DNA of 64,000 bases from Escherichia phage vB_EcoM_11B_SA_NWU, in sequence record OR062527; one strand, 5' to 3'. Positions within the stretch are counted from its first letter, which is position 1. Each line of letters begins with the position of its first letter. Made by a program: the position numbers and the translations under genes. The notes beneath the pieces were generated by a model. It was not told the origin of the DNA. It did no database searches and saw only the letters and a program-made list of their open reading frames with translations. Shown here in pieces: positions 48,057-64,000 of the stretch.

Positions 48057-51000
48057 CAGTAAAAGCACCTTCAGTCACTAGTCTCAGAATTTCCAAGTTA
48101 TCCGCTAATCAGGTGCAAGTACGCTGGGATGACGTTGGTGCTAATTTCTACTATTTTGTAGAAATCGCTGAGACAAAATCAAACTCGGGAAAAAATCTCC
48201 CGAGTAATCAATATCGTTGGATTAATTTAGGATATACAGCAAATAATAGTTTCTTTTTTGATGATGCTGATCCATTGACATCATATGTTATTAGAGTAGC
48301 TACAGCTGCGCAAGATTTTGAGCAGTCTGATTGGATTTATACCGAAGAGTTTGAAACTTTTGCTACAAATGCTTATACATTTCAAAACATGATTGAAATG
48401 CAATTAGCCAATAAATTCATTCAGGAAAAATTTACTCTTAATAATTCTGATTATGTTAATTTCAATAATGACACAATAATGGCTGCGTTGATGAATGAAT
48501 CATTTCAGTTCAGCCCATCGTATGCTGATGTCTCATCAATCAGTAATTTTATTATTGGTGAAAACGAGTATCATGAAATACAAGGTTCTATCCAGCAAGT
48601 ATGTAAGGATATTAACCGAGTTTATTTGATGGAATCAGAAGGGATTCTATATCTTTTTGAGCGTTATCAACCCGTAGTTAAAGTATCAAATGATAAAGGA
48701 CAAACTTGGAAAGCTGTAAAGCTCTTCAATGACCGCGTAGGATATCCTTTATCTAAGACTGTATATTACCAATCTGCAAACACAACATACGTTCTAGGAT
48801 ACGATAAGATTTTCTATGGCCGTAAATCGACTGACGTTAGATGGTCAGCAGATGATGTCAGATTCAGTTCACAGGATATAACATTTGCTAAATTAGGAGA
48901 CCAACTTCATTTGGGATTCGATGTTGAAATCTTCGCTACTTATGCGACTTTACCAGCGAATGTATATCGTATAGCTGAAGCCATTACTTGTACGGATGAT
49001 TATATCTATGTTGTTGCCAGAGATAAAGTTAGATATATAAAAACGAGTAATGCACCTATAGATTCTGACCCGTTATCACCAACATACTCGGAAAGACTTT
49101 TTGAACCTGATACAATGACTATAACTGGAAATCCTAAAGCTGTATGCTATAAAATGGATTCTATTGGTGATAAAGTTTTTGCTCTTATTATTGGTGAAGT
49201 TGAAACATTAAATGCCAATCCGAGAACTTCAAAAATAATTGATTCCGCTGATAAAGGAATATATGTTTTGAATCAAGACACGAAAACATGGAAAAGAGTT
49301 TTCGGTAATACCGAAGAAGAAAGAAGACGTATTCAACCTGGATACGCAAACATGTCAACTGATGGTAAATTAGTTTCTCTGTCTTCGAGTAATTTTAAAT
49401 TTTTAAGTGATAACGTTGTTAATGACCATGAAACTGCTGTAAAATACCAGTTAATCGGTGCTGTCAAATATGAATTTCCTCGCGAATGGTTAGCTGATAA
49501 ACATTATCATATGATGGCGTTTATAGCGGATGAAAAATCTGATTGGGAGACTTTTACTCCTCAACCGATGAAATACTACGCAGAACCGTTCTTTAACTGG
49601 TCTAAAAAATCTAACACTCGTTGTTGGATAAACAACTCTGATAAAGCTGTTGTAGTTTATGCAGATTTGAAATACACCAAAGTTATTGAAAATATTCCAG
49701 AAACATCACCAGATAGATTAGTGCATGAATACTGGGATGATGGCGATTGCACTATAGTAATGCCAAATGTTAAATTCACCGGATTTAAAAAATACGCATC
49801 AGGAATGCTTTTTTATAAATCTTCTGGTGAAATAATTTCTTATTATGATTTTAACTATCGTGTGAGAGATACAGTAGAAATTATTTGGAAGCCGACTGAA
49901 GTATTTTTAAAAGCATTTTTACAAAACCAAGAGCGTGAAACTCCTTGGTCACCAGAAGAAGAACGTGGATTAGCTGACCCTGATTTAAGACCATTAATTG
50001 GCACAATGATGCCTGATTCTTATTTGTTACAAGATTCTAATTTTGAGGCATTTTGTGAAGCATATATTCAATATCTTTCTGACGGATATGGAACTCAGTA
50101 TAACAATTTACGAAATTTAATTCGTAACCAATATCCACGAGAAGAGCATGCGTGGGAATATTTATGGTCAGAAATATATAAAAGAAACATTTATTTAAAT
50201 GCTGACAAACGCGATGCTGTTGCAAGATTTTTTGAATCACGTAGCTATGATTTTTATTCTACTAAAGGAATTGAAGCATCATATAAATTTCTTTTTAAAG
50301 TTCTTTATAATGAAGAAGTTGAAATTGAAATTGAATCGGGAGCAGGTACTGAATATGATGTAATCATTCAATCTGATTCTCTTACAGAAGATTTAGTAGG
50401 ACAAACTATCTATACTGCAACTGGAAGATGTAATGTTACTTATATAGAAAGAAGCTATTCTAATGGTAAATTGCAATGGACCGTGACTATACATAATCTT
50501 TTGGGGCGGTTAATAGCAGGACAAGAAGTTAAAGCAGAAAGACTTCCGGGCTTTGAAGGCGAAATTATTCGTGGGGTTAAAGGAAAAGATTTGCTTCAAA
50601 ATAATATAGACTATATTAATAGAAGTAGATCATATTATGTAATGAAAATTAAATCCAATTTACCTTCTTCCCGCTGGAAATCTGACGTTATTCGTTTTGT
50701 TCACCCAGTAGGATTTGGATTTATAGCAATCACGCTTTTAACTATGTTTATTAATGTCGGTTTAACTCTTAAACACACAGAGACAATAATTAATAAATAT
50801 AAAAACTACAAATGGGATTCTGGATTACCTACTGAATACGCAGACCGTGTAGCTAAATTGACTCCTACCGGTGAAATTGAACATGATTCAGTAACGGGTG
50901 AAGCAATTTATGAACCTGGTCCAATGTCCGGTATAGAATATCCTCTTCCTGGTGACTATAATACCGAAAATAATAATTCAGTATTTCAAGGTCAATTGCC

Positions 51001-51151
51001 GTCTGAACGACGTAAATTAATGAGTCCTTTATTTGATGCATCTGGAACAACATTTGCACAATTTAGAGATTTAGTTAATAAACGTCTAAAAGATAATATA
51101 GGAAATCCAAGAGACCCTGAAAATCCAACACAGGTTAAAATAGATGAATGA
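48053..51151 (+). CDS. 7: Baseplate wedge protein gp7
   Basis: 1032 aa. Confidence 0.88.
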   Translation: MTVKAPSVTSLRISKLSANQVQVRWDDVGANFYYFVEIAETKSNSGKNLPSNQYRWINLGYTANNSFFFDDADPLTSYVIRVATAAQDFEQSDWIYTEEFETFATNAYTFQNMIEMQLANKFIQEKFTLNNSDYVNFNNDTIMAALMNESFQFSPSYADVSSISNFIIGENEYHEIQGSIQQVCKDINRVYLMESEGILYLFERYQPVVKVSNDKGQTWKAVKLFNDRVGYPLSKTVYYQSANTTYVLGYDKIFYGRKSTDVRWSADDVRFSSQDITFAKLGDQLHLGFDVEIFATYATLPANVYRIAEAITCTDDYIYVVARDKVRYIKTSNAPIDSDPLSPTYSERLFEPDTMTITGNPKAVCYKMDSIGDKVFALIIGEVETLNANPRTSKIIDSADKGIYVLNQDTKTWKRVFGNTEEERRRIQPGYANMSTDGKLVSLSSSNFKFLSDNVVNDHETAVKYQLIGAVKYEFPREWLADKHYHMMAFIADEKSDWETFTPQPMKYYAEPFFNWSKKSNTRCWINNSDKAVVVYADLKYTKVIENIPETSPDRLVHEYWDDGDCTIVMPNVKFTGFKKYASGMLFYKSSGEIISYYDFNYRVRDTVEIIWKPTEVFLKAFLQNQERETPWSPEEERGLADPDLRPLIGTMMPDSYLLQDSNFEAFCEAYIQYLSDGYGTQYNNLRNLIRNQYPREEHAWEYLWSEIYKRNIYLNADKRDAVARFFESRSYDFYSTKGIEASYKFLFKVLYNEEVEIEIESGAGTEYDVIIQSDSLTEDLVGQTIYTATGRCNVTYIERSYSNGKLQWTVTIHNLLGRLIAGQEVKAERLPGFEGEIIRGVKGKDLLQNNIDYINRSRSYYVMKIKSNLPSSRWKSDVIRFVHPVGFGFIAITLLTMFINVGLTLKHTETIINKYKNYKWDSGLPTEYADRVAKLTPTGEIEHDSVTGEAIYEPGPMSGIEYPLPGDYNTENNNSVFQGQLPSERRKLMSPLFDASGTTFAQFRDLVNKRLKDNIGNPRDPENPTQVKIDE

Positions 51152-52148
51152 TTCAAGTGTTATCTATCGTGCGATAGTTACTTCAAAATTTAGAACAGAA
51201 AAAATGTTGAATTTTTATAATTCAATTGGAAGTGGTCAGGATAAAAACACTATCTTTATCACATTTGGAAGATCAGAACCGTGGTCATCAAACGAAAATG
51301 AGGTGGGATTTGCCCCACCTTATCCAACCGATTCTGTATTAGGTGTAACTGATATGTGGACGCATATGATGGGAACAGTAAAGGTTCTTCCATCTATGCT
51401 TGATGCAGTTATTCCTCGTCGAGATTGGGGAGATACTAGATATCCGGATCCATACACATTTAGAATTAACGATATTGTAGTGTGTAACTCAGCTCCTTAC
51501 AACGCTACTGAATCAGGCGCAGGCTGGTTAGTATATCGTTGTTTAGATGTTCCTGATACCGGAATGTGTTCAATAGCATCTTTAACTAATAAGGATGAAT
51601 GTCTTAAATTAGGTGGAAAATGGACTCCTTCTGCTAGGTCAATGACTCCTCCTGAAGGCCGAGGAGATGCTGAAGGAACAATTGAACCTGGCGATGGATA
51701 TGTATGGGAATATCTTTTTGAGATTCCGCCTGATGTATCTATAAATAGATGTACGAATGAGTATATTGTAGTTCCTTGGCCTGAGGAATTAAAAGAAGAC
51801 CCGACTAGATGGGGGTATGAAGATAATCTCACTTGGCAGCAAGATGATTTTGGATTAATTTACCGTGTTAAGGCAAATACTATCCGTTTTAAAGCATATT
51901 TAGATTCAGTTTATTTTCCTGAAGCTGCATTGCCGGGAAATAAAGGATTTAGACAAATATCAATAATTACGAATCCTCTTGAAGCTAAAGCTCATCCAAA
52001 TGACCCAAATGTTAAAGCTGAAAAGGATTATTATGATCCGGAAGATTTAATGAGGCATTCGGGCGAAATGATTTATATGGAAAATAGGCCACCTATTATT
52101 ATGGCAATGGATCAGACAGAAGAAATCAATATTCTGTTTACATTTTAA
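51144..52148 (+). CDS. 8: Baseplate wedge protein gp8
   Basis: 334 aa. Confidence 0.88.
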   Translation: MNDSSVIYRAIVTSKFRTEKMLNFYNSIGSGQDKNTIFITFGRSEPWSSNENEVGFAPPYPTDSVLGVTDMWTHMMGTVKVLPSMLDAVIPRRDWGDTRYPDPYTFRINDIVVCNSAPYNATESGAGWLVYRCLDVPDTGMCSIASLTNKDECLKLGGKWTPSARSMTPPEGRGDAEGTIEPGDGYVWEYLFEIPPDVSINRCTNEYIVVPWPEELKEDPTRWGYEDNLTWQQDDFGLIYRVKANTIRFKAYLDSVYFPEAALPGNKGFRQISIITNPLEAKAHPNDPNVKAEKDYYDPEDLMRHSGEMIYMENRPPIIMAMDQTEEINILFTF

Positions 52149-52153
52149 ATTAA

Positions 52154-52176
52154 GGGAGCCCATGGGCTCCCTTTTT
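52154..52176 (+). terminator. Rho-independent terminator after gene 8
   Basis: gggagcccatgggctccc hairpin followed by TTTTT. Confidence 0.6.
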
Positions 52177-52179
52177 CTT

Positions 52180-52187
52180 TATAAATA
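52180..52187 (+). promoter_or_regulatory. Late promoter (TATAAATA) for gene 9
   Basis: TATAAATA about 25 nt upstream of gene 9 ATG. Confidence 0.6.
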
Positions 52188-52211
52188 CTATAAACTCATA
52201 AGGAAACCGCT

Positions 52212-53078
52212 ATGTTCATTCAAGAACCAAAGAAATTGATTGATACCGGCGAAATTGGTAACGCTTCTACTGGTGATATCTTATTCGACGGTGGTAATAA
52301 AATTAATAGTGATTTTAACGCAATTTATAACGCGTTTGGCGATCAACGTAAAATGGCAGTAGCAAATGGCACTGGAGCAGATGGTCAAATTATCCATGCT
52401 ACTGGATATTATCAAAAACACTCTATTGCAGAATATGCAACTCCAGTAAAAGTTGGCACTAGGCATGATATTGATACCTCTACTGTAGGTGTTAAAGTTA
52501 TCATTGAAAGAGGCGAACTTGGCGACTGCGTTGAATTTATTAACTCAAATGGATCAATATCAGTTACTAATCCTTTAACGATTCAAGCTATTGATTCAAT
52601 TAAAGGCGTTTCAGGTAATTTAGTAGTAACTAGTCCATATAGTAAAGTTACCTTACGTTGTATTTCATCTGATAATTCTACGTCGGTTTGGAATTATTCT
52701 ATTGAAAGTATGTTTGGTCAAAAGGAATCACCTGCTGAAGGTACATGGAATATTTCTACATCTGGATCAGTTGACATTCCACTATTTCATCGCACTGAAT
52801 ACAATATGGCTAAATTGCTAGTTACGTGCCAATCAGTAGATGGAAGAAAAATTAAAACAGCAGAAATAAATATTCTTGTGGATACTGTTAATTCAGAAGT
52901 TATTTCTTCTGAGTATGCTGTCATGCGAGTTGGAAATGAAACGGAAGAAGACGAAATCGCTAATATTGCATTTAGTATTAAAGAAAATTACGTAACGGCG
53001 ACTATAAGTTCTTCAACTGTCGGTATGAGAGCAGCAGTTAAAGTTATCGCTACGCAGAAAATCGGGGTGGCTCAATAA
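52212..53078 (+). CDS. 9: Baseplate protein gp9 (long tail fibre socket)
   Basis: 288 aa. Confidence 0.88.
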   Translation: MFIQEPKKLIDTGEIGNASTGDILFDGGNKINSDFNAIYNAFGDQRKMAVANGTGADGQIIHATGYYQKHSIAEYATPVKVGTRHDIDTSTVGVKVIIERGELGDCVEFINSNGSISVTNPLTIQAIDSIKGVSGNLVVTSPYSKVTLRCISSDNSTSVWNYSIESMFGQKESPAEGTWNISTSGSVDIPLFHRTEYNMAKLLVTCQSVDGRKIKTAEINILVDTVNSEVISSEYAVMRVGNETEEDEIANIAFSIKENYVTATISSSTVGMRAAVKVIATQKIGVAQ

Positions 53079-54883
53079 TGAAACAAAATATTAATATCGG
53101 TAATGTTGTAGATGATGGTACCGGTGACTACCTGCGTAAAGGTGGTATAAAAATAAATGAAAACTTTGATGAGCTTTATTATGAACTCGGTGATGGTAAT
53201 GTTCCATATTCAGCCGGTGCCTGGAAAACTTATAATGCTTCATCTGGGCAAACATTAAAAGCTGAATGGGGAAAATCATACGCTATTAATACTTCGTCTG
53301 GAAGAGTAACACTGCAACTTCCTAAAGGAACTGTTAATGATTATAATAAAGTAATTAGAGCTAGGGATGTATTTGCAACATGGAATGTTAATCCAGTTAC
53401 TTTAGTAGCCGCTTCTGGTGATACTATCAAAGGATCATCGTCATCGGTTGAAATTAACGTTCAATTTAGTGATTTAGAGCTAGTTTATTGCGCTCCGGGT
53501 CGTTGGGAATATGTCAAAAATAAACAAATTGACAAAATTATTAGTTCAGACATTAGCAATGTAGCTCGTAAAGAATTTTTAGTCGAAGTTCAAGGACAAA
53601 CAGACTTTTTAGATATTTTCCGTGGAACTAGTTATAATGTTAATAACATCAGAGTAAAACACCGCGGTAACGAATTGTATTACGGCGATGTTTTTAGCGA
53701 AAACAGTGACTTTGGCTCTCCAGGGGAAAATGAAGGAGAATTGGTTCCTCTTGATGGATTTAATATTAGATTAAGACAGCCTTGTAATATTGGTGACACT
53801 GTTCAAATTGAAACATTTATGGATGGTGTATCGCAGTGGAGAAGTTCATACACAAGACGTCAAATAAAAGTATTAGATTCAAAATTAACATCAAAAACTT
53901 CTTTGGAAGGAAGTATTTACGTTACTGATTTATCGACAATGAAATCAATTCCATTCTCCGCATTTGGATTAATTCCAGGAGAACCTATTAATCCTAATTC
54001 TCTTGAAGTTCGTTTTAATGGAATTTTACAACAACAAGCTGGAACAGCCGGATATCCTCTGTTTTTATGTGAAGGCGCTAATTCAGATACACAAGAAGGA
54101 TGTATATCTCTTGGTGGTGAATGGAAAGAATCAAACACAGATTATTCTATAGAATATGAAGATGGAAAACCGATCAGTCTTTTATTTGATAGAAAATTTG
54201 AATCAGGTGATATAATCGTTATAACATGGTTCAATAATGATTTAGGAACTCTTTTGGAAAAAGATGACATCATTGAATTAACTGATGAACGCTATGTTAG
54301 CAAAGGATCATCTACTGAAGTTACTGGTGACGTAGCCTTAACTGATTTTGATAAAATCGGTTGGCCAAATGTTGAAAAAGTTGATTCTTATACTAGAACA
54401 TATAATTCAATATCATCTATTTTCGATAGCATTTATCCCATTGGTTCAATTTATGAAAATGCTATAAACCCAAATAATCCGGTGACTTATATGGGATTTG
54501 GTTCATGGAAATTATTTGGTAAAGGACAAGTTTTAGTAGGATGGAATGATGATGTTACGGATCCAAACTTTGCATTAAATAACAATGATTTAGATTCTAG
54601 CGGAAATCCTTCGCATACTGCCGGTGGAACAGTTGGAACAACATCAGTGACACTTGAGAACGCAAATCTTCCTGCGACTAAAACTGATGAAAAAGTTTTA
54701 ATTGAAGATGAAAACGGATCAGTTATTATTGGAGGTTGCCAATATGACCCAGATGAAACTGGTCCTATATATACAAAATATCGTGAAGACTACGCAACAA
54801 CAAACTCTTCACATACTCCTCCTGCTAATATTAGTAATATTCAACCGTCTATTACTGTATACCGTTGGATAAGGATTGCATAA
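53078..54883 (+). CDS. 10: Baseplate wedge protein gp10
   Basis: 601 aa. Confidence 0.88.
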   Translation: MKQNINIGNVVDDGTGDYLRKGGIKINENFDELYYELGDGNVPYSAGAWKTYNASSGQTLKAEWGKSYAINTSSGRVTLQLPKGTVNDYNKVIRARDVFATWNVNPVTLVAASGDTIKGSSSSVEINVQFSDLELVYCAPGRWEYVKNKQIDKIISSDISNVARKEFLVEVQGQTDFLDIFRGTSYNVNNIRVKHRGNELYYGDVFSENSDFGSPGENEGELVPLDGFNIRLRQPCNIGDTVQIETFMDGVSQWRSSYTRRQIKVLDSKLTSKTSLEGSIYVTDLSTMKSIPFSAFGLIPGEPINPNSLEVRFNGILQQQAGTAGYPLFLCEGANSDTQEGCISLGGEWKESNTDYSIEYEDGKPISLLFDRKFESGDIIVITWFNNDLGTLLEKDDIIELTDERYVSKGSSTEVTGDVALTDFDKIGWPNVEKVDSYTRTYNSISSIFDSIYPIGSIYENAINPNNPVTYMGFGSWKLFGKGQVLVGWNDDVTDPNFALNNNDLDSSGNPSHTAGGTVGTTSVTLENANLPATKTDEKVLIEDENGSVIIGGCQYDPDETGPIYTKYREDYATTNSSHTPPANISNIQPSITVYRWIRIA

Positions 54884-55542
54884 TGAGTTTACTTAATAAT
54901 AAAGCGGGAGTTATTTCCCGCTTAGCAGATTTTCTTGGTTTTAGAACTAAGAAAAATGATATTTCGGTTATGAATAATCAGCCGGTAGGTGCTGTAACAA
55001 TTTCACAAATAGCAAAAGGTTTTTATGACCCAAATGTAGAATCTGCTATCAATGATGTTAGAAATATGGCAGAGCAACAGGTTGGAGCTGTATTAGTTAA
55101 TATAAGTGGCGTATCTCCTACCGGCGTGCAGCAAACAGACTATTGGTCATTTGAAGGAACTGTTACTGATACTTCAGCCAAACCAGGTGACCCAGTTATT
55201 GTTAATATGTTTGGCATTCCTGTTAAAGCTACTAATGGAATGACTTCAATCGAATTTACCAGTGCCGTTAGAACAGCTCTGCAGGAAATGGTTGCAAAAT
55301 TTATCGCAATTGATTCATTTGAAGACCATCCTACCATAGGAAATAAAATACAAGTTAAGTATTTAGATAACCAAGAACATATCTTAGAACAATACTCTGA
55401 TAAAGGAATTACTTTCAAACAGGAAATAATTTCTCCTTCTAAACCTGGGTATGGAACTTGGCAATTATTAGGTGCGCAAACTGTTACGCTAGATAGTCAC
55501 ACCCAACCTACAGTATTTTATTATTTTGAGAGAATAGCATGA
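54883..55542 (+). CDS. 11: Baseplate wedge protein gp11
   Basis: Start [17 protein letters not shown] overlapping gene 10 stop; 219 aa. Confidence 0.85.
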   Translation: MSLLNNKAGVISRLADFLGFRTKKNDISVMNNQPVGAVTISQIAKGFYDPNVESAINDVRNMAEQQVGAVLVNISGVSPTGVQQTDYWSFEGTVTDTSAKPGDPVIVNMFGIPVKATNGMTSIEFTSAVRTALQEMVAKFIAIDSFEDHPTIGNKIQVKYLDNQEHILEQYSDKGITFKQEIISPSKPGYGTWQLLGAQTVTLDSHTQPTVFYYFERIA

Positions 55543-57089
55543 GTAACAATACATATCAGCACGTATCAAATGAATCAAAATACGTTAAATTCGATCCTGC
55601 AGGATCGAATTTTCCTGACACTGTCACGACAGTGCAGTCAGCATTATCAAAAATAAGTAATATCGGCGTAAATGGTATTCCTGATGCAACTATGGAAGTT
55701 AAAGGAATAGCAATGATTGCATCGGAGCAAGAGGTTTTAGATGGAACTAATAATTCTAAAATCGTTACACCAGCTACATTAGCAACAAGATTATTGTATC
55801 CAAATGCTACTGAAACTAAATATGGATTAACGCGCTATTCAACAAATGAAGAAACTTTAGAAGGCTCAGATAATAATTCATCAATAACGCCGCAAAAACT
55901 GAAATACCATACTGACGATGTATTCCAAAATAGGTATTCATCTGAATCATCAAATGGAGTTATTAAAATATCATCTACTCCTGCGGCTTTGGCTGGTATA
56001 GATGATACTACGGCGATGACTCCGTTGAAAACCCAAAAACTCGCAATAAAATTAATTTCGCAAATAGCTCCTTCAGAAGACACAGCATCAGAATCTGTTA
56101 GAGGTGTAGTTCAGTTATCAACTGTCGCTCAAACTCGTCAAGGAACTCTCCGCGAAGGATATGCAATTTCTCCGTATACCTTTATGAATTCTGTTGCAAC
56201 ACAAGAATATAAGGGTGTTATACGTTTAGGAACACAATCAGAAATTAACAGTAATTTGGGAGATGTTGCAGTAACAGGTGAAACATTAAATGGTCGAGGA
56301 GCTACCGGTTCTATGCGTGGGGTAGTAAAATTAACGACGCAAGCCGGTATTGCCCCTGAAGGTGATAGCTCTGGAGCATTAGCATGGAACGCAGATGTAA
56401 TTAATACTCGCGGTGGACAAACTATTAATGGTTCTTTAAATTTAGATCATTTAACAGCAAATGGAATTTGGTCGCGCGGCGGAATGTGGAAAAATGGCGA
56501 TCAACCTGTTGCCACTGAAAGATATGCGTCCGAAAGGGTTCCAGTTGGAACTATTATGATGTTTGCTGGAGATTCAGCTCCTCCTGGTTGGATTATGTGT
56601 CATGGTGGAACCGTGTCAGGAGATCAATATCCTGATTATAGAAACACAGTTGGAACGAGATTTGGTGGCGATTGGAATAATCCTGGCATTCCTGATATGC
56701 GAGGTCTTTTCGTCAGAGGAGCTGGTACTGGTGGTCATATTTTAAATCAACGAGGGCAAGATGGTTACGGGAAGGATAGACTTGGTGTAGGATGTGACGG
56801 AATGCATGTTGGCGGTGTTCAAGCACAACAGATGTCATACCATAAACATGCTGGTGGTTGGGGAGAATACCAAAGACATGAAGCTCCATTTGGCGCGTCC
56901 GTTTATCAAGGATATCTTGGAACTAAAAAATATGCCGACTGGGATAATGCTTCATACTTCACTAATGATGGATTTGAATTAGGTGGACCGAGAGATGCCC
57001 TTGGTACACTTAATCGTGAAGGATTAATTGGTTATGAAACTAGACCATGGAATATATCATTAAACTATATTATTAAAATTCATTACTAA
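55539..57089 (+). CDS. 12: Short tail fibre protein gp12
   Basis: 516 aa; repetitive beta-rich middle region. Confidence 0.85.
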   Translation: MSNNTYQHVSNESKYVKFDPAGSNFPDTVTTVQSALSKISNIGVNGIPDATMEVKGIAMIASEQEVLDGTNNSKIVTPATLATRLLYPNATETKYGLTRYSTNEETLEGSDNNSSITPQKLKYHTDDVFQNRYSSESSNGVIKISSTPAALAGIDDTTAMTPLKTQKLAIKLISQIAPSEDTASESVRGVVQLSTVAQTRQGTLREGYAISPYTFMNSVATQEYKGVIRLGTQSEINSNLGDVAVTGETLNGRGATGSMRGVVKLTTQAGIAPEGDSSGALAWNADVINTRGGQTINGSLNLDHLTANGIWSRGGMWKNGDQPVATERYASERVPVGTIMMFAGDSAPPGWIMCHGGTVSGDQYPDYRNTVGTRFGGDWNNPGIPDMRGLFVRGAGTGGHILNQRGQDGYGKDRLGVGCDGMHVGGVQAQQMSYHKHAGGWGEYQRHEAPFGASVYQGYLGTKKYADWDNASYFTNDGFELGGPRDALGTLNREGLIGYETRPWNISLNYIIKIHY

Positions 57090-57098
57090 GGATTACAA

Positions 57099-58556
57099 AT
57101 GATTGAATTAAAAGATTTACCTTTTGTTGATAGCGTTCCTGACGAAGGTCAGGAGCGTATTTCATGGATTAAAAATGGTGAAGAAATACTAGGAGCTAGT
57201 ACTAAGTATGGAAACGATGGATCAATGAATAGACCAACTGTGTCCGTATTTAAAAATGTTGAGGTTCTTGATGAAAATATAGGAATTCTTAAAACTGCCG
57301 TTGAAACATCACAGGAAGATATTAAAACAATTCAAGGCATTTTGGATGTATCTGGAGATATCGAAGCACTATCACAGATTAGCGTTAATAAAAATGACAT
57401 ATCAAATTTAAAGACGCTTACGAATGAACACACTGATATATTAAATGGTACAAATGCCACTGTTGACCGCATTCTTTCTGATATAGGTCCATTTAATGAA
57501 CATGCAAATTCAGTTTATAGAACAGTTCGAAATGATTTGTTATGGATTAAAAGAGAATTAGGGCAATATGCTGGACAAGATATTAATGGTCTTCCTGTTG
57601 TAGGAAATAGCAGCACGGGTATGAAGCACCGTATCATTAATAATACAGATGCTATAACTTCCCAAGGAATACGTCTAAGTGATTTGGAAGAAAAATTTAT
57701 TGAATCTGATGTAGGTTCACTGACAATTGAAGTTGGAAATCTTAGACAAGAACTTGGGCAAAGACCATCTTCATTTAGTGAAAGTATATATTCACGTGTG
57801 CATAATTTAGATCAATCGCAGATTAATCTTAGTTCCGAAATTAAATCTATCAAAACTTCTATTGGATATCCAGGAAATACTTCAATAATCACAGATGTCA
57901 ATGTCAATAGTCAAGAAATTTCAGCTTTAAATGATGAACTAAATAAAAGTGGCGGCGTTAAACAGCGATTAACTGTTATTGAAACATCGATTGGTTCAGA
58001 TGATATTCCTTCTAGTATTAAAGGTCAAATTAAAGATAATACCACTTCTATTGAATCTTTAAATGGAATTGTAGGTGAAAACACCTCGTCCGGTTTAAGA
58101 GCTAACGTTTCATGGCTAAATCAGATAGTTGGAACTGATTCTAGCGGAGGTCAACCTTCTCCTCCGGGGTCTCTTTTAAATAGAGTTTCAACTGTTGAAA
58201 CCTCTGTTAATAGACTTAACAATGATGTTCAAAACTTACAGGTTGAAATTGGTAATAACAATTCCGGAATTAAAGGGCAAGTTGTAACACTAAATAAATT
58301 AGTAAATGGAACAAATCCGAATGGTTCAACTGTCGAAGAACGCGGATTGACTAATTCAATAAAAGCTAATGAGACTAACATTTCTTCAATTAATCAAGAG
58401 ATTCGTAGTATTAAAGGTAATGTGTCCTCATTACAGAGGGATGTCCAGACTTTACAAGAAGCTGGTTATATTCCTGAAGCTCCAAAAGATGGTCAAGCTT
58501 ACGTTCGTAAAGACGGCGAATGGGTATTGCTTTCTACCTTTTTATCACCAGCATAA
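57099..58556 (+). CDS. wac: Fibritin (whisker antigen control)
   Basis: 485 aa segmented coiled coil; C-terminal foldon [27 protein letters not shown]. Confidence 0.92.
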   Translation: MIELKDLPFVDSVPDEGQERISWIKNGEEILGASTKYGNDGSMNRPTVSVFKNVEVLDENIGILKTAVETSQEDIKTIQGILDVSGDIEALSQISVNKNDISNLKTLTNEHTDILNGTNATVDRILSDIGPFNEHANSVYRTVRNDLLWIKRELGQYAGQDINGLPVVGNSSTGMKHRIINNTDAITSQGIRLSDLEEKFIESDVGSLTIEVGNLRQELGQRPSSFSESIYSRVHNLDQSQINLSSEIKSIKTSIGYPGNTSIITDVNVNSQEISALNDELNKSGGVKQRLTVIETSIGSDDIPSSIKGQIKDNTTSIESLNGIVGENTSSGLRANVSWLNQIVGTDSSGGQPSPPGSLLNRVSTVETSVNRLNNDVQNLQVEIGNNNSGIKGQVVTLNKLVNGTNPNGSTVEERGLTNSIKANETNISSINQEIRSIKGNVSSLQRDVQTLQEAGYIPEAPKDGQAYVRKDGEWVLLSTFLSPA

Positions 58557-58560
58557 CATG

Positions 58561-58574
58561 GGGCCGCAAGGCCC
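58561..58574 (+). other. GC hairpin with GCAA tetraloop between wac and gene 13
   Basis: gggccgcaaggccc; no clear U-tract, so may be a stability or partial termination element. Confidence 0.35.
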
Positions 58575-58587
58575 TAAAGGATTTTAA

Positions 58588-60289
<1,702 letters not shown>

Positions 60290-60330
60290 TAAATATTATA
60301 AACTAATTAAAGCCCAGATTAGGAGAAATC

Positions 60331-63471
<3,141 letters not shown>

Positions 63472-63499
63472 TATTAAAGCATATTAAAGAGGATTAAAA

Positions 63500-64000
63500 A
63501 TGACTTTATTATCTCCGGGCATTGAGCTCAAAGAAACTACGGTTCAAAGCACCGTGGTTAATAACTCTACTGGTACAGCAGCTTTGGCCGGTAAATTCCA
63601 GTGGGGTCCTGCTTTTAAGATTAAACAGGTTACAAATGAAGTAGATTTAGTTAATACTTTTGGTCAACCAACCGCTGAAACTGCTGACTATTTTATGTCT
63701 GCGATGAATTTCTTGCAGTACGGAAATGACTTACGAGTAGTTCGTGCTGTTGATAGAGATACCGCTAAAAACTCATCTCCGATTGCTGGTAATATTGAAT
63801 ACACAATTTCTACCCCAGGTAGTAACTATGCAGTTGGAGATAAAATCACGGTCAAATATGTTTCAGATGATATTGAAACTGAAGGTAAAATTACTGAAGT
63901 AGACGCAGATGGAAAAATTAAGAAAATTAATATTCCTACTGCAAAAATTATCGCTAAAGCAAAAGAAGTCGGTGAATATCCAACATTAGGTTCTAACTGG
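63500..64000 (+). CDS. 18: Tail sheath protein gp18, N-terminal fragment (continues beyond window)
   Basis: ORF MTLLSPGIELKETTVQSTVVNNSTG open to window end; AGAGGA RBS. Confidence 0.85.
   Translation, partial: MTLLSPGIELKETTVQSTVVNNSTGTAALAGKFQWGPAFKIKQVTNEVDLVNTFGQPTAETADYFMSAMNFLQYGNDLRVVRAVDRDTAKNSSPIAGNIEYTISTPGSNYAVGDKITVKYVSDDIETEGKITEVDADGKIKKINIPTAKIIAKAKEVGEYPTLGSNW

Overview
This window is a T4-like (T-even, Tequatrovirus-type) myovirus genome segment, colinear with the T4 map from gene 46 to the start of gene 18. Positions 1-42893 are minus-strand early/middle genes: 46 (partial), 47, a-gt, 55, nrdH, nrdG, nrdD, 49, nrdC, rI, tk, regB, a GrcA-like glycyl-radical protein, an internal protein, e, nudE, a tRNA cluster with segB, 57B, 57A, 1, 3, 2, 4. 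Positions 42941-64000 are plus-strand late baseplate/tail/neck/terminase genes: 53, 5, 5.1, 5.4, 6, 7, 8, 9, 10, 11, 12, wac, 13, 14, 15, 16, 17 and the start of 18. The phage is not T4 itself: the lysozyme differs at a few residues, nrdD is uninterrupted, no denV/ipII-like ORFs are seen, and I read 11 tRNAs rather than T4's eight. All gene calls rest on motifs visible in the translations plus my recollection of T4 proteins and gene order; no database search was run. The most interesting material is in the accessory early regions: a promoter-to-terminator operon ending in a Pol-beta-type nucleotidyltransferase, an adjacent AAA+ ATPase, a coupled P-loop ATPase pair where T4 has denV/ipII, a macro-domain protein, an internal-protein gene flanked by 30-nt direct repeats, and four tandem coiled-coil-tailed proteins. 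None of these functions can be confirmed from sequence alone. Tiny hypothetical ORFs are listed with low confidence.
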